From Octopus sinensis (lineage: Eukaryota), in assembly GCF_006345805.1 (NCBI RefSeq), contig NW_021832876.1, forward strand, positions 1 to 29,499: a stretch of DNA of 29,499 bases. Reading direction: 5' to 3'. Made by a program: the position numbers and the translations under genes. How positions within the stretch are numbered: the stretch's first letter is position 1; each line of letters starts with the position of its first letter. This document shows positions 9,644 through 19,286 of the stretch, one piece after another. Below the pieces are notes generated by a model. That model was not told the origin of the DNA and made no database searches. It saw only the letters and a program-made list of their open reading frames with translations.

Positions 9644-10498
9644 TAACAGAGAAGCAATGAATACGGTCACTGTATCACTTATCAAGTCTCAATGATAAAA
9701 AGCAAGTCTGTAAAATTAACGCACGCACTGATGGATTTACGGTTTCAAATAAGGCTATAACTAATTCAGACTTACAAGATGAGTCAGTATGAAGTTGGCA
9801 ACGACTACACAATTACTAAGTACGTAGCACAGATCACGATGAAAAGGTGGACAAGACAGAAACTCTTCGTATATTATACGGGAAGTCACTTACTATAACT
9901 AAGCTGGTGTAAATGACAAGGAATTATTACCTTTATATACTCGTTGCTTTGAGTTTAAATTCACTGAGTTCAAAGAAAAATGCTTACAATCTCTAGGAAT
10001 GGCATCACTAAACACAGTTAACTTTCTTTTCGTCTATATGTGTGTGTGTGTATTGTAAGTTTAGGACGTATAAGGATTTTAGACAAAAATATTCAATATC
10101 AAAAAGGAAAGAAAATATACCAATGGCCGTAGACGGTTGCACTTGATGGCCCGGAAGGCAGTAGGTTCCTCATCTCTGCTTTAGACTAAACAGCAACAAA
10201 AATGCCATTAACAAGAACAATATGGCTACTACCACCACGAACAATTGCTACCACTATCACCAACACCACCATCGTTACCAACCCATTAAATACGACCAAC
10301 TAGCAACAATAACAGTATCAGCATGATATCAGTGTCTATAGCTACGACTGTTTGTATGTCGACAGCGTCGTGTATGTGCACATGTGCGCGTGTGCAAGAG
10401 AGAAAGGGAGATACTGAGAGAGAGAGAGAAAGAGAGCCAGAGAGAGAGAGAGAGAGAGACATGTATGCTTGTATGTCTAAAGAAGATCGTAGCCATGG

Positions 10499-10870
10499 TA
10501 CAACCAGTACCGGGAAGGCCACATATTTCACCATCAGAATACGCCAAGGGTAAAAATTTAGAAGTTGTAGATACGTTTGTCTACCTTGGTAGACACCAGA
10601 TTTTATACTCTCGACGAGGAGGTCAGTTATTGACTTTCTAGAGACCGTGATGCGTTAAGAAAGCTTGAATTGAAACTCTGATCTCGATCAGACATCAAAG
10701 TAGCAACAAAACTTGAAGTCTATCAAGCACGTGTCTTAACAGCACTGTTGCACGGATCGGATGCGAAACCTGAAAAGTCTTCTGCAAGCATAGCTAATGT
10801 CCCGAGTCATTCCATCAGCGATGCTAGCATAATATTCTAAAGATCTCATAGCGATACAAGAATACTGGGC
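10499..10870 (+). pseudogene. RTE-clade LINE ORF2 remnant (RT C-terminal/thumb region)
   Basis: GKNLEVVDTFVYLG ... SRSDIKVATKLEVYQARVLTALLHGS ... FHQRC*HNILKIS; these are RTE-type motifs (YLG, KxKVYxAxVLxxLLYG, FHQRCLRxIL). Confidence 0.85.
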
Positions 10871-11144
10871 TGTAGAGGAATTTGATTGTTGCTGTGTTAA
10901 AAAAGTTCGAGAACGACCGGGCTACATGCAGATTTGAAATGTGCTGGTAAATATTTGGCAAATGTGAACCCTCTCTCTGAGAAGGGCACGAAGCAGTCAT
11001 TTTTCTGTGTGACCAGCATAGCCGTGTCTACTTCTCAAAGACAGGCTTACTCAGCTAGAAGCGCAGTCACTGAAAAACACCCGTTTGCCAATATCACATC
11101 TAACATGATCTCTTTATGTAACAAAGTGTGCAGGTCAGCCTGTT

Positions 11145-11399
11145 AGGTAAAGGTAAAGTTACCTTTTCGAGTTATACTGATTCATAAGGGCTGATTTGCC
11201 GGTTTCATGGCGTATATATTCCCCACCTGCACGGAATGCCGGTCTGACGCAAGATAACTCATTTTTACCAGCTGAGTGGACTGGAACAACGTAAAATGAA
11301 GTGTCTTGCTCAAGAACACAACGCGTCGCCCGTCCAGGAAGCGAAACCATAATCTTGCGATCATGAGTCCAATACCCTAACCACTAAACACGCGCCTCC
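11145..11399 (-). mobile_element. SINE family 3, tail type b ((TTTACC)n)
   Basis: Same head and core as 9215-9477 but a different 3' part, ending actcgaaaaggtaactttacctttacc. Confidence 0.88.
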
Positions 11400-11449
11400 A
11401 CAGGTTCACCTGTGAACTCACTCGGCTTCATAAATCCCAACATCCGGGT

Positions 11450-12050
11450 TAGTGGTTCATAACCAGGGTCCATGTGACCTCCTGTGGCCGTATAAGATTT
11501 TTGGGTGTCCACACAAGCAAAGTAGTAAACTGGGGACCCACGTCGTTGATTTGCGTCAAGTACGGGAATGTGGATTCACAACAGTATGTTGAAGAAAAGC
11601 AGGAAGTTAGTCGGCGTGCATGTTCACGAAGACGAGGAAATATAATAACAGAATTCAATGATTTTGAAAAAACATAACATCCCTCTGAAACTTGCTTTTC
11701 AGCCACACTTAGTAGATGTATCAGAGGCTCCTGAAGAGTTACAAATGGAGCTTATTGAAATGTTGAAGATATCCTGAAGTATTTTAAGGGTCCATGGGAA
11801 ACAAAAATTGCATTATATGTACTCATTGAAAAACTGCTGGGTTTCTTTCTCCAATGCTTAACATAGTTCAACATGTTTCCTGTTATTGAAAAATGTTCTC
11901 TTGGTGGGGAAAAACAAAATAGAAATTTTGAACTAAGTATCTATAAAACTAGGTTTTAAACATTAAATGGTCATGAGGTCCATCAGGATGAAATAGTAAT
12001 TAAAAGTGGTTGGGGTGCGGCATCGCTTAAAAAATGGTTGAGAACCACCG
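11450..12050. mobile_element. hAT-type MITE carrying rearranged hAT transposase fragments
   Basis: TIRs tagtggttcataacc / ggttgagaaccaccg (CAGTGGTTCTCAACC type), a degenerate 8-bp TSD (atccgggt / atcaagat, 5 of 8 identical) and repeated gggtcca subterminal motifs. Confidence 0.75.
11545..11785. pseudogene. Two hAT transposase fragments in opposite orientation
   Basis: Minus 11640-11545 reads FPRLREHARRLTSCFSSTYCCESTFPYLTQI (dimerisation domain). Plus 11635-11785 reads EEYNNRFNDFEK-HNIPLKLAFQPHLVDVSEAPEELQMELIE (with frameshifts). Confidence 0.85.
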
Positions 12051-12148
12051 ATCAAGATGTGAAGCAGCTGCTGGAAAACGGCTGTGTAATCAATGTGGAG
12101 TGAATTTCCTTGCAAGCCTTAAGTACCATAAGAGACGATAAGGAAACC

Positions 12149-12209
12149 AAATGTAAAGTGTTTCTTAGAATTTAGAAGTGGCCTTCCTCGGTGACGAGCC
12201 GACATCCAC

Positions 12210-12241
<32 letters not shown>

Positions 12242-12336
12242 TGTATGTATGTATGTATGTATGTAGATTGCATTACTTAAAGTTTCCGAAAAGAGAAACA
12301 CGACCGATCTTTTGGATTCATGCTTTTATCTATCTG

Positions 12337-12400
<64 letters not shown>

Positions 12401-12405
12401 CCTAC

Positions 12406-12452
<47 letters not shown>

Positions 12453-12524
12453 GAAAATGTAAAGTGTTTCTTAGTATGAACTGAATTTAGAAGTGGCCTT
12501 CGTCGGTAACCAGCCGACTTCCAC

Positions 12525-12556
<32 letters not shown>

Positions 12557-12676
12557 TGTATGTATGTATGTATGTATGTATGTATGCATGTATGCATGTA
12601 TCAAAATCCGGCCTTGGATTGCATTACTTAAAGTTTCCGAAAAGAGAAACACGGCCGATCTTTCGAATTCATGCTT

Positions 12677-12751
<75 letters not shown>

Positions 12752-12752
12752 C
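12149..12752 (+). repeat. Tandem duplication of a ~300-bp unit containing (ATGT)n and (CTAT)n
   Basis: Unit 1 is 12149-12454 and unit 2 is 12455-~12752. Both have aaatgtaaagtgtttcttag..aatttagaagtggccttc...tccactat and gattgcattacttaaagtttccgaaaagagaaacacg. Confidence 0.9.
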
Positions 12753-12792
12753 ATAGATAGATAGATAGACAGACAGATTGATTGGTAGGTAT

Positions 12793-12929
12793 GACTTTAC
12801 CTTTCATCCTTTCGGGGTCGATAAATTAAGTACCAGTTACGCACTGGGGTCGATGCAATCGACTTAATCCCTTTGTCTGTCCTTGTTTGTCCTCTCTATG
12901 TTTAGCCCCATGTGAGCAATAAAGAAATA
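12793..12929 (+). mobile_element. SINE family 1, 3' half
   Basis: gactttacctttcatcctttcggggtcgataaattaagtaccagttacgcactgggg...aataaagaaat. Confidence 0.9.
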
Positions 12930-12936
12930 TATATAT

Positions 12937-12994
<58 letters not shown>

Positions 12995-13080
12995 AGAAAT
13001 GAAATAGGGAAAATGAATACTAGTTTCAAAATGCAGACCATGACAGTAAAACGTGCCGAAACAAAATGAAAGGTGGGGGA

Positions 13081-13185
13081 GAAGAAGAAGAAGAAGAAGA
13101 AGAAGAAGAAGAAGAAGAAGAAGAAGAAGAAGAAGAAGAAGAAGAAGAAGAAGAAGAAGAAGAAGAAGAAGAAGAAGAAGAAGAA
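13081..13185 (+). repeat. Pure (GAA)35 microsatellite
   Basis: 105 nt of uninterrupted GAA. Confidence 0.97.
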
Positions 13186-13404
13186 GGTGTGAGGTGAATT
13201 TGGGAGGAGGTTTACGATATTTTGCCCTTTTTAATAGATTAAGAATTCCTTACATATAGCCAGAAGGCCAGAAGCTTCTGGTGTGGGGTAAGAGACGATT
13301 ATATAGAGGACTCAGATAATTGACTCAGGGAAGACATGGAAGCCAAAGTCAACATCGGAAGGATCTGAAATCAGAACGTAAAGGAAACCTAGCAAAATAC
13401 TGCA

Positions 13405-13479
13405 ATGCATTTTGGTCTGAAAGTCTACCCGATCCTGCTATCTACCATCCTTATAATGAATGTGGGGAATTACTTGCAG
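13405..13479 (+). CDS. Candidate first coding exon encoding a signal-peptide-like sequence (MHFGLKVYPILLSTILIMNVGNYLQ); gene unidentified
   Basis: There is an in-frame TAG at 13390-13392 upstream and a purine at -3 of the ATG. The peptide has a basic residue followed by a ~14-residue hydrophobic core and ends at a consensus donor CAG|GTGAGA (phase 0). Pyrimidine-rich acceptor candidates lie at 13259/13263. No TE motif was recognised here, and no downstream exon is confirmed. Confidence 0.35.
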
Positions 13480-13959
13480 GTGAGAAAGAAGATCAGAGAG
13501 GGAAGTGAATGAAGGGAGATAATTGTCCATAACGTTGACACCAGCTTGAAGTCTGTTGTAACAAGTGAAGATTTATGTTAAGAATATGCAGTGATCATTC
13601 TCTTGTGGAAGAAAGAATACGAAGCCCGTGTGAGTAATAATGCCGGCAGTAGATGCTGGGGACTGTAATGGTGATGGAGATGGTGGGGTGGGTGTGATTA
13701 TAACGGTTGTGGTGATGGTGGTGGAGGCAGTAGTGGTGATAGTGGCGGCGGCGTTTATTTGTAATGGTCTGAGTGGTAGTGGCGATGGTGGTGGTTGCGG
13801 AGATGGAGGCGGCGGCGGCGGCGGTAGTGGTGATCAATATGAAACAAATATTGATTAAGAATCGATGCAAATAATTTGTAGTTGTGAAATGCGTAAATAT
13901 AAAATTTGATACACAGACACATGCGTGCGCGCATATATTATAATTTTGCTTCAACATAT

Positions 13960-14030
13960 ATATATATATATACATATATGTATATAATTATATATATGTG
14001 CGCCCGCGTGTGTATTACGTATGTATGTAC

Positions 14031-14093
<63 letters not shown>

Positions 14094-14492
14094 TGAGATA
14101 GATAGATAGATAGATAGATTTTAGTGCTTATGGGTGTGTGTGTGTGTGTGTGTGTGCTGTGTGGTGTGTGTGTGTGTGTGTGTAAGAGTGTGTGTGTGAG
14201 AGAGAAAGAGAAATTTTATTTCACAGACGACTTGCACTGCAGGACGCTGTCTTCATCAGCTGTCGAGGGGAGTCACAATTCGGCACCTGTAACACTGCCG
14301 CGCTACCCCCATATATACATATATATATATATATATAATATATATATATATAAAAGAAGAGAGAGAGAGAGAGAGAGAGATAGATAGATAGATAGGTAGA
14401 TAAGAGTAGATAGATAGATAGATAGATAGATAGCTAGATATAGATAGATAGATAAGATAGATAGATAGATAGATATATAGATAGATAGATAT
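13960..14492. repeat. Compound microsatellite cluster (TA/GA/GATA/GT) with a short unique island at ~14210-14310
   Basis: Directly visible. Confidence 0.9.
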
Positions 14493-14844
14493 ACAGAAAC
14501 GCATACATACACATTCACATTAAACTGTGATTCAACCTCCAAAGATGTTTCCAACGTTGATGCTACCAGCAAGTATCCTGATTATTTCTGGCCACACATT
14601 GTATGTAGCATGCCCCTTTTCTCCCTACATCTATCTATGCAACCGCTAATCTAAACAAAGTTACATAAGAGACAGAGATGAACAAACCACGGTAGGGCGC
14701 AGGATTAATTTATTTTACAGACTTTAGATCCTTCCTTTTCACTTTTAAGTTAATTTTACTTTTCATCTCTTTATGGCTGTTCAATTACTGTCAAGTCGTT
14801 AACCGCGAAACTGCGCCCGGCTAATTTTTCTCTTTGTAACCCAT

Positions 14845-15035
14845 GTTGTTGTTTAGCCCAAGGTCAAACATGATTGACCAGAGCTATGATCAAAGGCATC
14901 CATTGTGTGTTAGCAGACTGAATGTCACATTATTATCTTACATGTTCTTCTTCTAAGTACGTTTGCGCGTGACTTGAAGAGGATTTGGTTGCTATTTATA
15001 GCTTATAACATGATCACGTAGAGGCTCTCTCATTG
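14845..15035 (+). mobile_element. Unclassified interspersed repeat (family X)
   Basis: tttagcccaaggtcaaacatgattgaccagagctatgatc...ggatttggttgctatttatagc is similar to 28860-28995 and to the reverse complement of 28758-28802. Confidence 0.55.
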
Positions 15036-15097
15036 AGTTGCTGTATTAATGTCATCTACTTATGCATGAATCCTAGAGCCACCGAGTCTCATCCACC

Positions 15098-15720
15098 ATG
15101 TCTATCGTCATCGTCGTTTTACACCCTTTACACTCGAGGATGATTGTCCAATATATTTAACTTCTGTGGGACCCACACGTGACTAGGGGAGCCAATATGG
15201 GATCCAGAAGTCCTGTCAAAGACCAAACCGGACATTTTATGTCTCGCAGAAAAAAAAACAATTATGTGTTGGTCTTCTGCTTTTTAAATTTCCTTTTTCT
15301 TGAGATGTTCAGTTTGCTGGGTTCCATCACATGCATTTTCACCATTTATACACAATGATACAACAGTTTATCGTCTTTTTTTTTTTTAGATATTCCTACA
15401 GGTCTTTGAACAACTTCACTTGTCTTTTTCACGTGTTGCTTTCTTCGTTCATCTGAGAGAAAAACACTTGTTTTGGGCAGCCGATGGTCCGGCCACACAC
15501 GAAATGAAGGTGCCATTAAAACTGATATCGCCTAACCATGATATTGAATTGCACGAACAAACTAACTTTTTTCCGACTGTTCTACAACTAGATTTTCCTC
15601 AAACATCGATGATGGTATTAGTCCAATTTATAGAAATGTCAAGCTTTCGGGGCCATTTAGTGTATTGGGTATATCAGCTTCCTTATATACAGTTTGCTGA
15701 TTGTTTTTCTAGGATCATAT
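15098..15720 (-). pseudogene. RTE-clade LINE 3' end remnant
   Basis: The minus strand reads KLD*YHHRCLRKI ... GCPKQVFFSQM ... KLFKD ... KCPV.DRTSGSHIGSPSHV (C-terminal CxxC..H motif), followed by a gacgatgacgat tail. Confidence 0.8.
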
Positions 15721-15813
15721 ACCACTCTCCTATTGTGCTCATATGCATGTGTATGAGTGCGTGTGAACCAATGTGTATATGCGTCGGTTTAAGTCTATGT
15801 GTGTTGATGTGTT

Positions 15814-15937
15814 AATCAGCCGAAATTGTGAAGATGATCCGGTTCTTGACTGATGACTGAGAGCTTCGAAAGTCCCGTCCGTGTTTTTTGTGTCGTCTTC
15901 TAAATGTTTCACGTTCTTGTCCCAGTTTGTGTATTTT
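15814..15937 (+). mobile_element. Penelope-like terminal repeat family C, plus copy
   Basis: aatcagccgaaattgtgaagatgatccggttcttgactgatga...cgaaagtcccgtccgtgttttttg aligns with the reverse complement of 16195-16345 and carries a CTGATGA...GAAA...GTC remnant. Confidence 0.5.
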
Positions 15938-16194
15938 TTTTTACTTTTACATATATATATATGTATGTATACACGCGCGCGCATACACGCATTCGAAAGG
16001 CTTGTTTCGTTTGGCAATTTCAGGAGAACGAAACTAAATCGCAATCGGTTACAAATCGTTATATTTAATATATTAATGCGTATGTGCGTACTTGCGTGTA
16101 TGCCTGTGGGCATGTATATGCGAATGCATATGTGTGTGTATATATACATACGCACATACATACAAGCACACACACACACATATAAAGAATACAA

Positions 16195-16400
16195 AAATTA
16201 GAACAAGAACGCAACAGGTGACAACAAAACATCCAGACAGTTAGACGATATAAAAAAGGACAGGAAAAAACAAGGACAAATCATTCGGAGTTTTCTATCC
16301 TCAGTCGAGTTCCTGATCTTCTCGGCAGCTTCGACTGGTTATACTCGAGATTGCGCCAATCTGGCCAGCCTCAAGAAAAATCTAAGCTAAGAGCACTAGA
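16195..16400 (-). mobile_element. Penelope-like terminal repeat family C, minus copy (tail-to-tail with 15814-15937)
   Basis: The reverse complement reads aaccagtcgaagctgccgagaagatcaggaactcgactgagga...ccgaatgatttgtccttgtttttt. Confidence 0.5.
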
Positions 16401-16980
16401 TTCCTTAGAAGAAAGCAAGCGAATGTATACGAAAGCAAGCGAATGTATACGAAAGCAAGGACGAAAAATACGGAGAAACGGTACTCAAATACAACTGCAA
16501 ACAACAGGACATTAACAACAGGTGTCTTTCGACTAAGAACAATTTAAATTAGGCTGGCGTGTGTGGAAGTGAAGACTTACGGCAGAGACATAAAAGATGG
16601 CTGTCATGGGAAGGAATATAAATGCTGCACGGATGGTAGTCGAACCAAGAAAGAAAAGTCAGGCTTGGCAGAACACCGCTAACGTGGATGGAGAGGAGAG
16701 AGGTAGAGGCAGAAGGATAGAAGAATTAGGGAGGGACATGTGTGTGTGTGTGGTGTGTGTGTGTGTGTGTATATGCGTGTATTGATTAGTCATTTATGTT
16801 ACACTGGGTTTACGAGTTCATCTTTATGTTCGACAGGCATTATTTTGTCATGCTGGATTTCTAGCAACCTCTTTACAAGCTACCATGGCGACGACCCGAA
16901 CACAAAATAGATTGTGGTGGATTGCATAATTACCATTAGAAGCTAATTGATCGTACATACATACATGCATCTCAAAAAGA

Positions 16981-17220
16981 AAAAAAGATAACTATGGACA
17001 ACGACTTCGAAATCACCAACTTCTACATCCAGATTACGAATTTACATTTATACCAATAATAATTGGTGTACTTGGTTTTGTGAATAAATGTATAACTGTC
17101 AGTCTGGATAAGCTTGGATTTTCAGAAAAATAAATCAAACAACTGATTCCCACATTACAAAGACAATCTGTAAGCAGAACATTAAAACGGTACGAGGATT
17201 TTCTCAGGTTTAAAATGTGA
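16981..17220 (+). pseudogene. 3' end of an RLE-type (R4/Dong-like) non-LTR retrotransposon ORF
   Basis: 80 codons with one internal stop: KKDNYGQRLRNHQLLHPDYEFTFIPIIIGVLGFVNKCITVSLDKLGFSEK*IKQLIPTLQRQSVSRTLKRYEDFLRFKM*. It matches the KxxxY...(I/V)PIIIGxLG...LQ...GT C-terminal pattern of restriction-like-endonuclease elements. Confidence 0.75.
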
Positions 17221-17769
17221 CATATTGCTTTGTATCGTTGTTAGAAATCAGCTCCTTCATCGAAGGAAGAGTTTGAACAATTAAAAGCAGAATGGAACAT
17301 ACATACACACCTAAACACGCACACATATACATAGAAACTAATAACTCCAAAATACGAACTGAAAAGACACAGAGAACAAAAAAATCACAGGAAAATAAAA
17401 AGGCAAAACAAACTAATACTGCAATGAACCAACTTTATTCACTGGTTTCCTTCTAATCCACAGAGTATACAAATAAATGAAGAAAAACAGTATTCTTGTA
17501 AATAGAAGCCGTTTGTGTGGAGAGTTAAAAAAAAAATTTGACTCAACATCTGGAATGAAGAAAAAGATTTTATTCAGAATGCATCATGGCTTGATACGTC
17601 CGGAAAAGGGATTTGAATCTTACACGTTATAAATATACGCGTTACACGTTATAAATTCACATTTATACCCACTTTTTTTTTATTGGTGCACTTGACTATA
17701 TTAATAAAAGTCGAGGCGGTTATCTGAGATTTTAGGGCAAGCAAGTGACCAGCTGCTAACACACACTTT

Positions 17770-18420
17770 ACAAATATAATCTGTAAATAGAAGATATGGA
17801 GGTGGAGCAATTGCATCTGCAAGTAACGGAGTAGACATCAATGCTCTGATAAAATACTCAATGTTGCAGGAGACTCTGCACTCTTAAGCTTGGGCTATGA
17901 CAGTGAACTTTATTTGCCCAGCAGTCGAGTTGATATCAAGAGGATGTATCGCTTATTGAGCTTACTGAATCAGGCAGTGAAAAATCAATACAGCTGATTA
18001 TAGTGTTGAAGTAAACTGGGTCTTCGTAACAACTTGTCCCCAGACATACAGTGAAGGATATAGTGAAGATAAAACATACACACACGCACCACACACACAC
18101 ACACACACATACACACAAACAAACAAACATATGTATGTTTGTATCCACAATATGGCTGCATACTATGTAGAAATGTGCTGGAGTTTCACACATGTAGTAT
18201 AGTGAATTTAAGAGATTTGATCAGCTGAGATTATCAAAGCTATTAATAGACCAAAACACACACTAGGGCGTGTTTACAAGCCAAAAGACAACAAGGGATA
18301 TAACTCAAATAAGACCACCTGATCAAAATTTTTGAGATTTATTCACAGGACAGGCTGGAGTCAATTTGGTCTTTAAAACCTACTGTTAAAACAATAGATA
18401 TGTTTCAATCTTACTACACT
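17770..18420 (+). pseudogene. Probable highly decayed CR1/L2-type LINE endonuclease, split by a microsatellite
   Basis: Motif-like fragments occur in the expected order: YNL..NRRYGGGAIA (cf. R.DR..GGGVA), DIKRMYRLLS (cf. IG..YRPP), DYSVEVNW (cf. GDFN.P.INW), FLRFIHRTGWSQ.VFK.T..TIDMF (cf. FL....L.Q.V..PTR...LDL.F). Several frameshifts are needed. Confidence 0.45.
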
Positions 18421-18537
18421 AAATCCTTAAATCACATTCTGTTGTGTTGACATGTCCAAAAACAATCAATGTGCATGTGTGGTGGGGTGAGTTAAAGAGA
18501 GAGAGACAGGAATTGTGTGTACATATATATATATATA

Positions 18538-19286
18538 TCAGGTCATCCCATAAGTTCTGTCCGAATTTTGACTAAAGAAAACAAGTGAACAAATGTTATA
18601 TTTAATTGAAATTTAATCATCAATGTACTTTCCCTGATTATCTCTGTCTTTCTTCCATCTATTTACAAGCTTTTTAATCCCATCAATTTAAAACTCTTTT
18701 GGTTTCAAAGTGTAGAACTCTGAAATGTCAGTTTCGACATCCTCCTGGTTTGCGAAAATTATGTCCGCTAAAGGATTCTGTAAACTACGAAACAAGTGGT
18801 AGCCTGAAGGAGCAAGATTGGAAGAATAAGCTGAATGAGGAATTTTTTCCCCAACCAAGCTCATCGATCTTCTGTGATGGGATCTTTGCAGTGTGGGGTC
18901 ACGCATTGTCCCGATGAAACATCACTCCTTTCCGATTCACTAAAGCGGGTCTTTTTTTCTTCAAAGCTTGGTTCAAACGCTCTGATTGCTGATAGTAGAC
19001 TTGAGCATTGATTGTTGCATTAGGTGGTAACAATTCAAAGTGAATTACTCCTTTGCAATCCCACCGGATAGAGAGAAGAGCAGATGTCAATTCGAGATTT
19101 GCAGTTGCTTTCGGACAATTCATGAAGTACCCATTTTCCAAGTTTAGGAACCTTTCCAAGTTGCTGAAGATGACGATGAACAGTTGTATGGTTTGAACTA
19201 AGCTTTATTGTCAATTCTTCAACTGATAATGCAGGATTTTTTTCAGGTAATGCCTCAAGGAGCTTATCATCAAATTGGAAGAATCC
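18538..19286 (-). pseudogene. Mariner (DD34D-type) transposon relic, 5'-truncated and internally deleted
   Basis: The minus strand reads NPALSVEELTIKLSSNHTTVHRHLQQLGKVPKLGKWVLHEL (HTH plus WVPHEL), RWDCKGVIHFELLP, KRPALVNRKGVMFHRDNA and HSAYSSNLAPSGYHLFRSLQN. A TIR-like tcaggtcatcccataag follows TA at 18536-18537. Confidence 0.93.

Noticed and set aside
12149-12752. CRISPR-like repeat-spacer array
   Set aside because: There are only two long units, interrupted by microsatellites, in a eukaryotic context with no cas genes.
13053-13259. Poly-Arg ORF, and similar poly-Met/His/Ser/Ile and YI/CV/YLSI-repeat ORFs throughout the track
   Set aside because: They are translations of microsatellites ((GAA)n, (CAT)n, (TA)n, (TG)n, (TATC)n), which lack stop codons by construction.
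14227-14292. Possible exon 2 (tttcacAG|TTCTAGRCLHQLSRGVTIRHL*) completing a 46-aa secreted peptide
   Set aside because: The same island carries a PLE-type hammerhead signature on the minus strand, a simpler explanation. The acceptor and short ORF are easily obtained by chance.
15850-15879. Idea that A-to-I editing at A15.1 could activate family-C hammerheads at an NCH site
   Set aside because: Both local copies lack a pairable helix I/III and a valid NCH triplet, so nothing in this window supports it.
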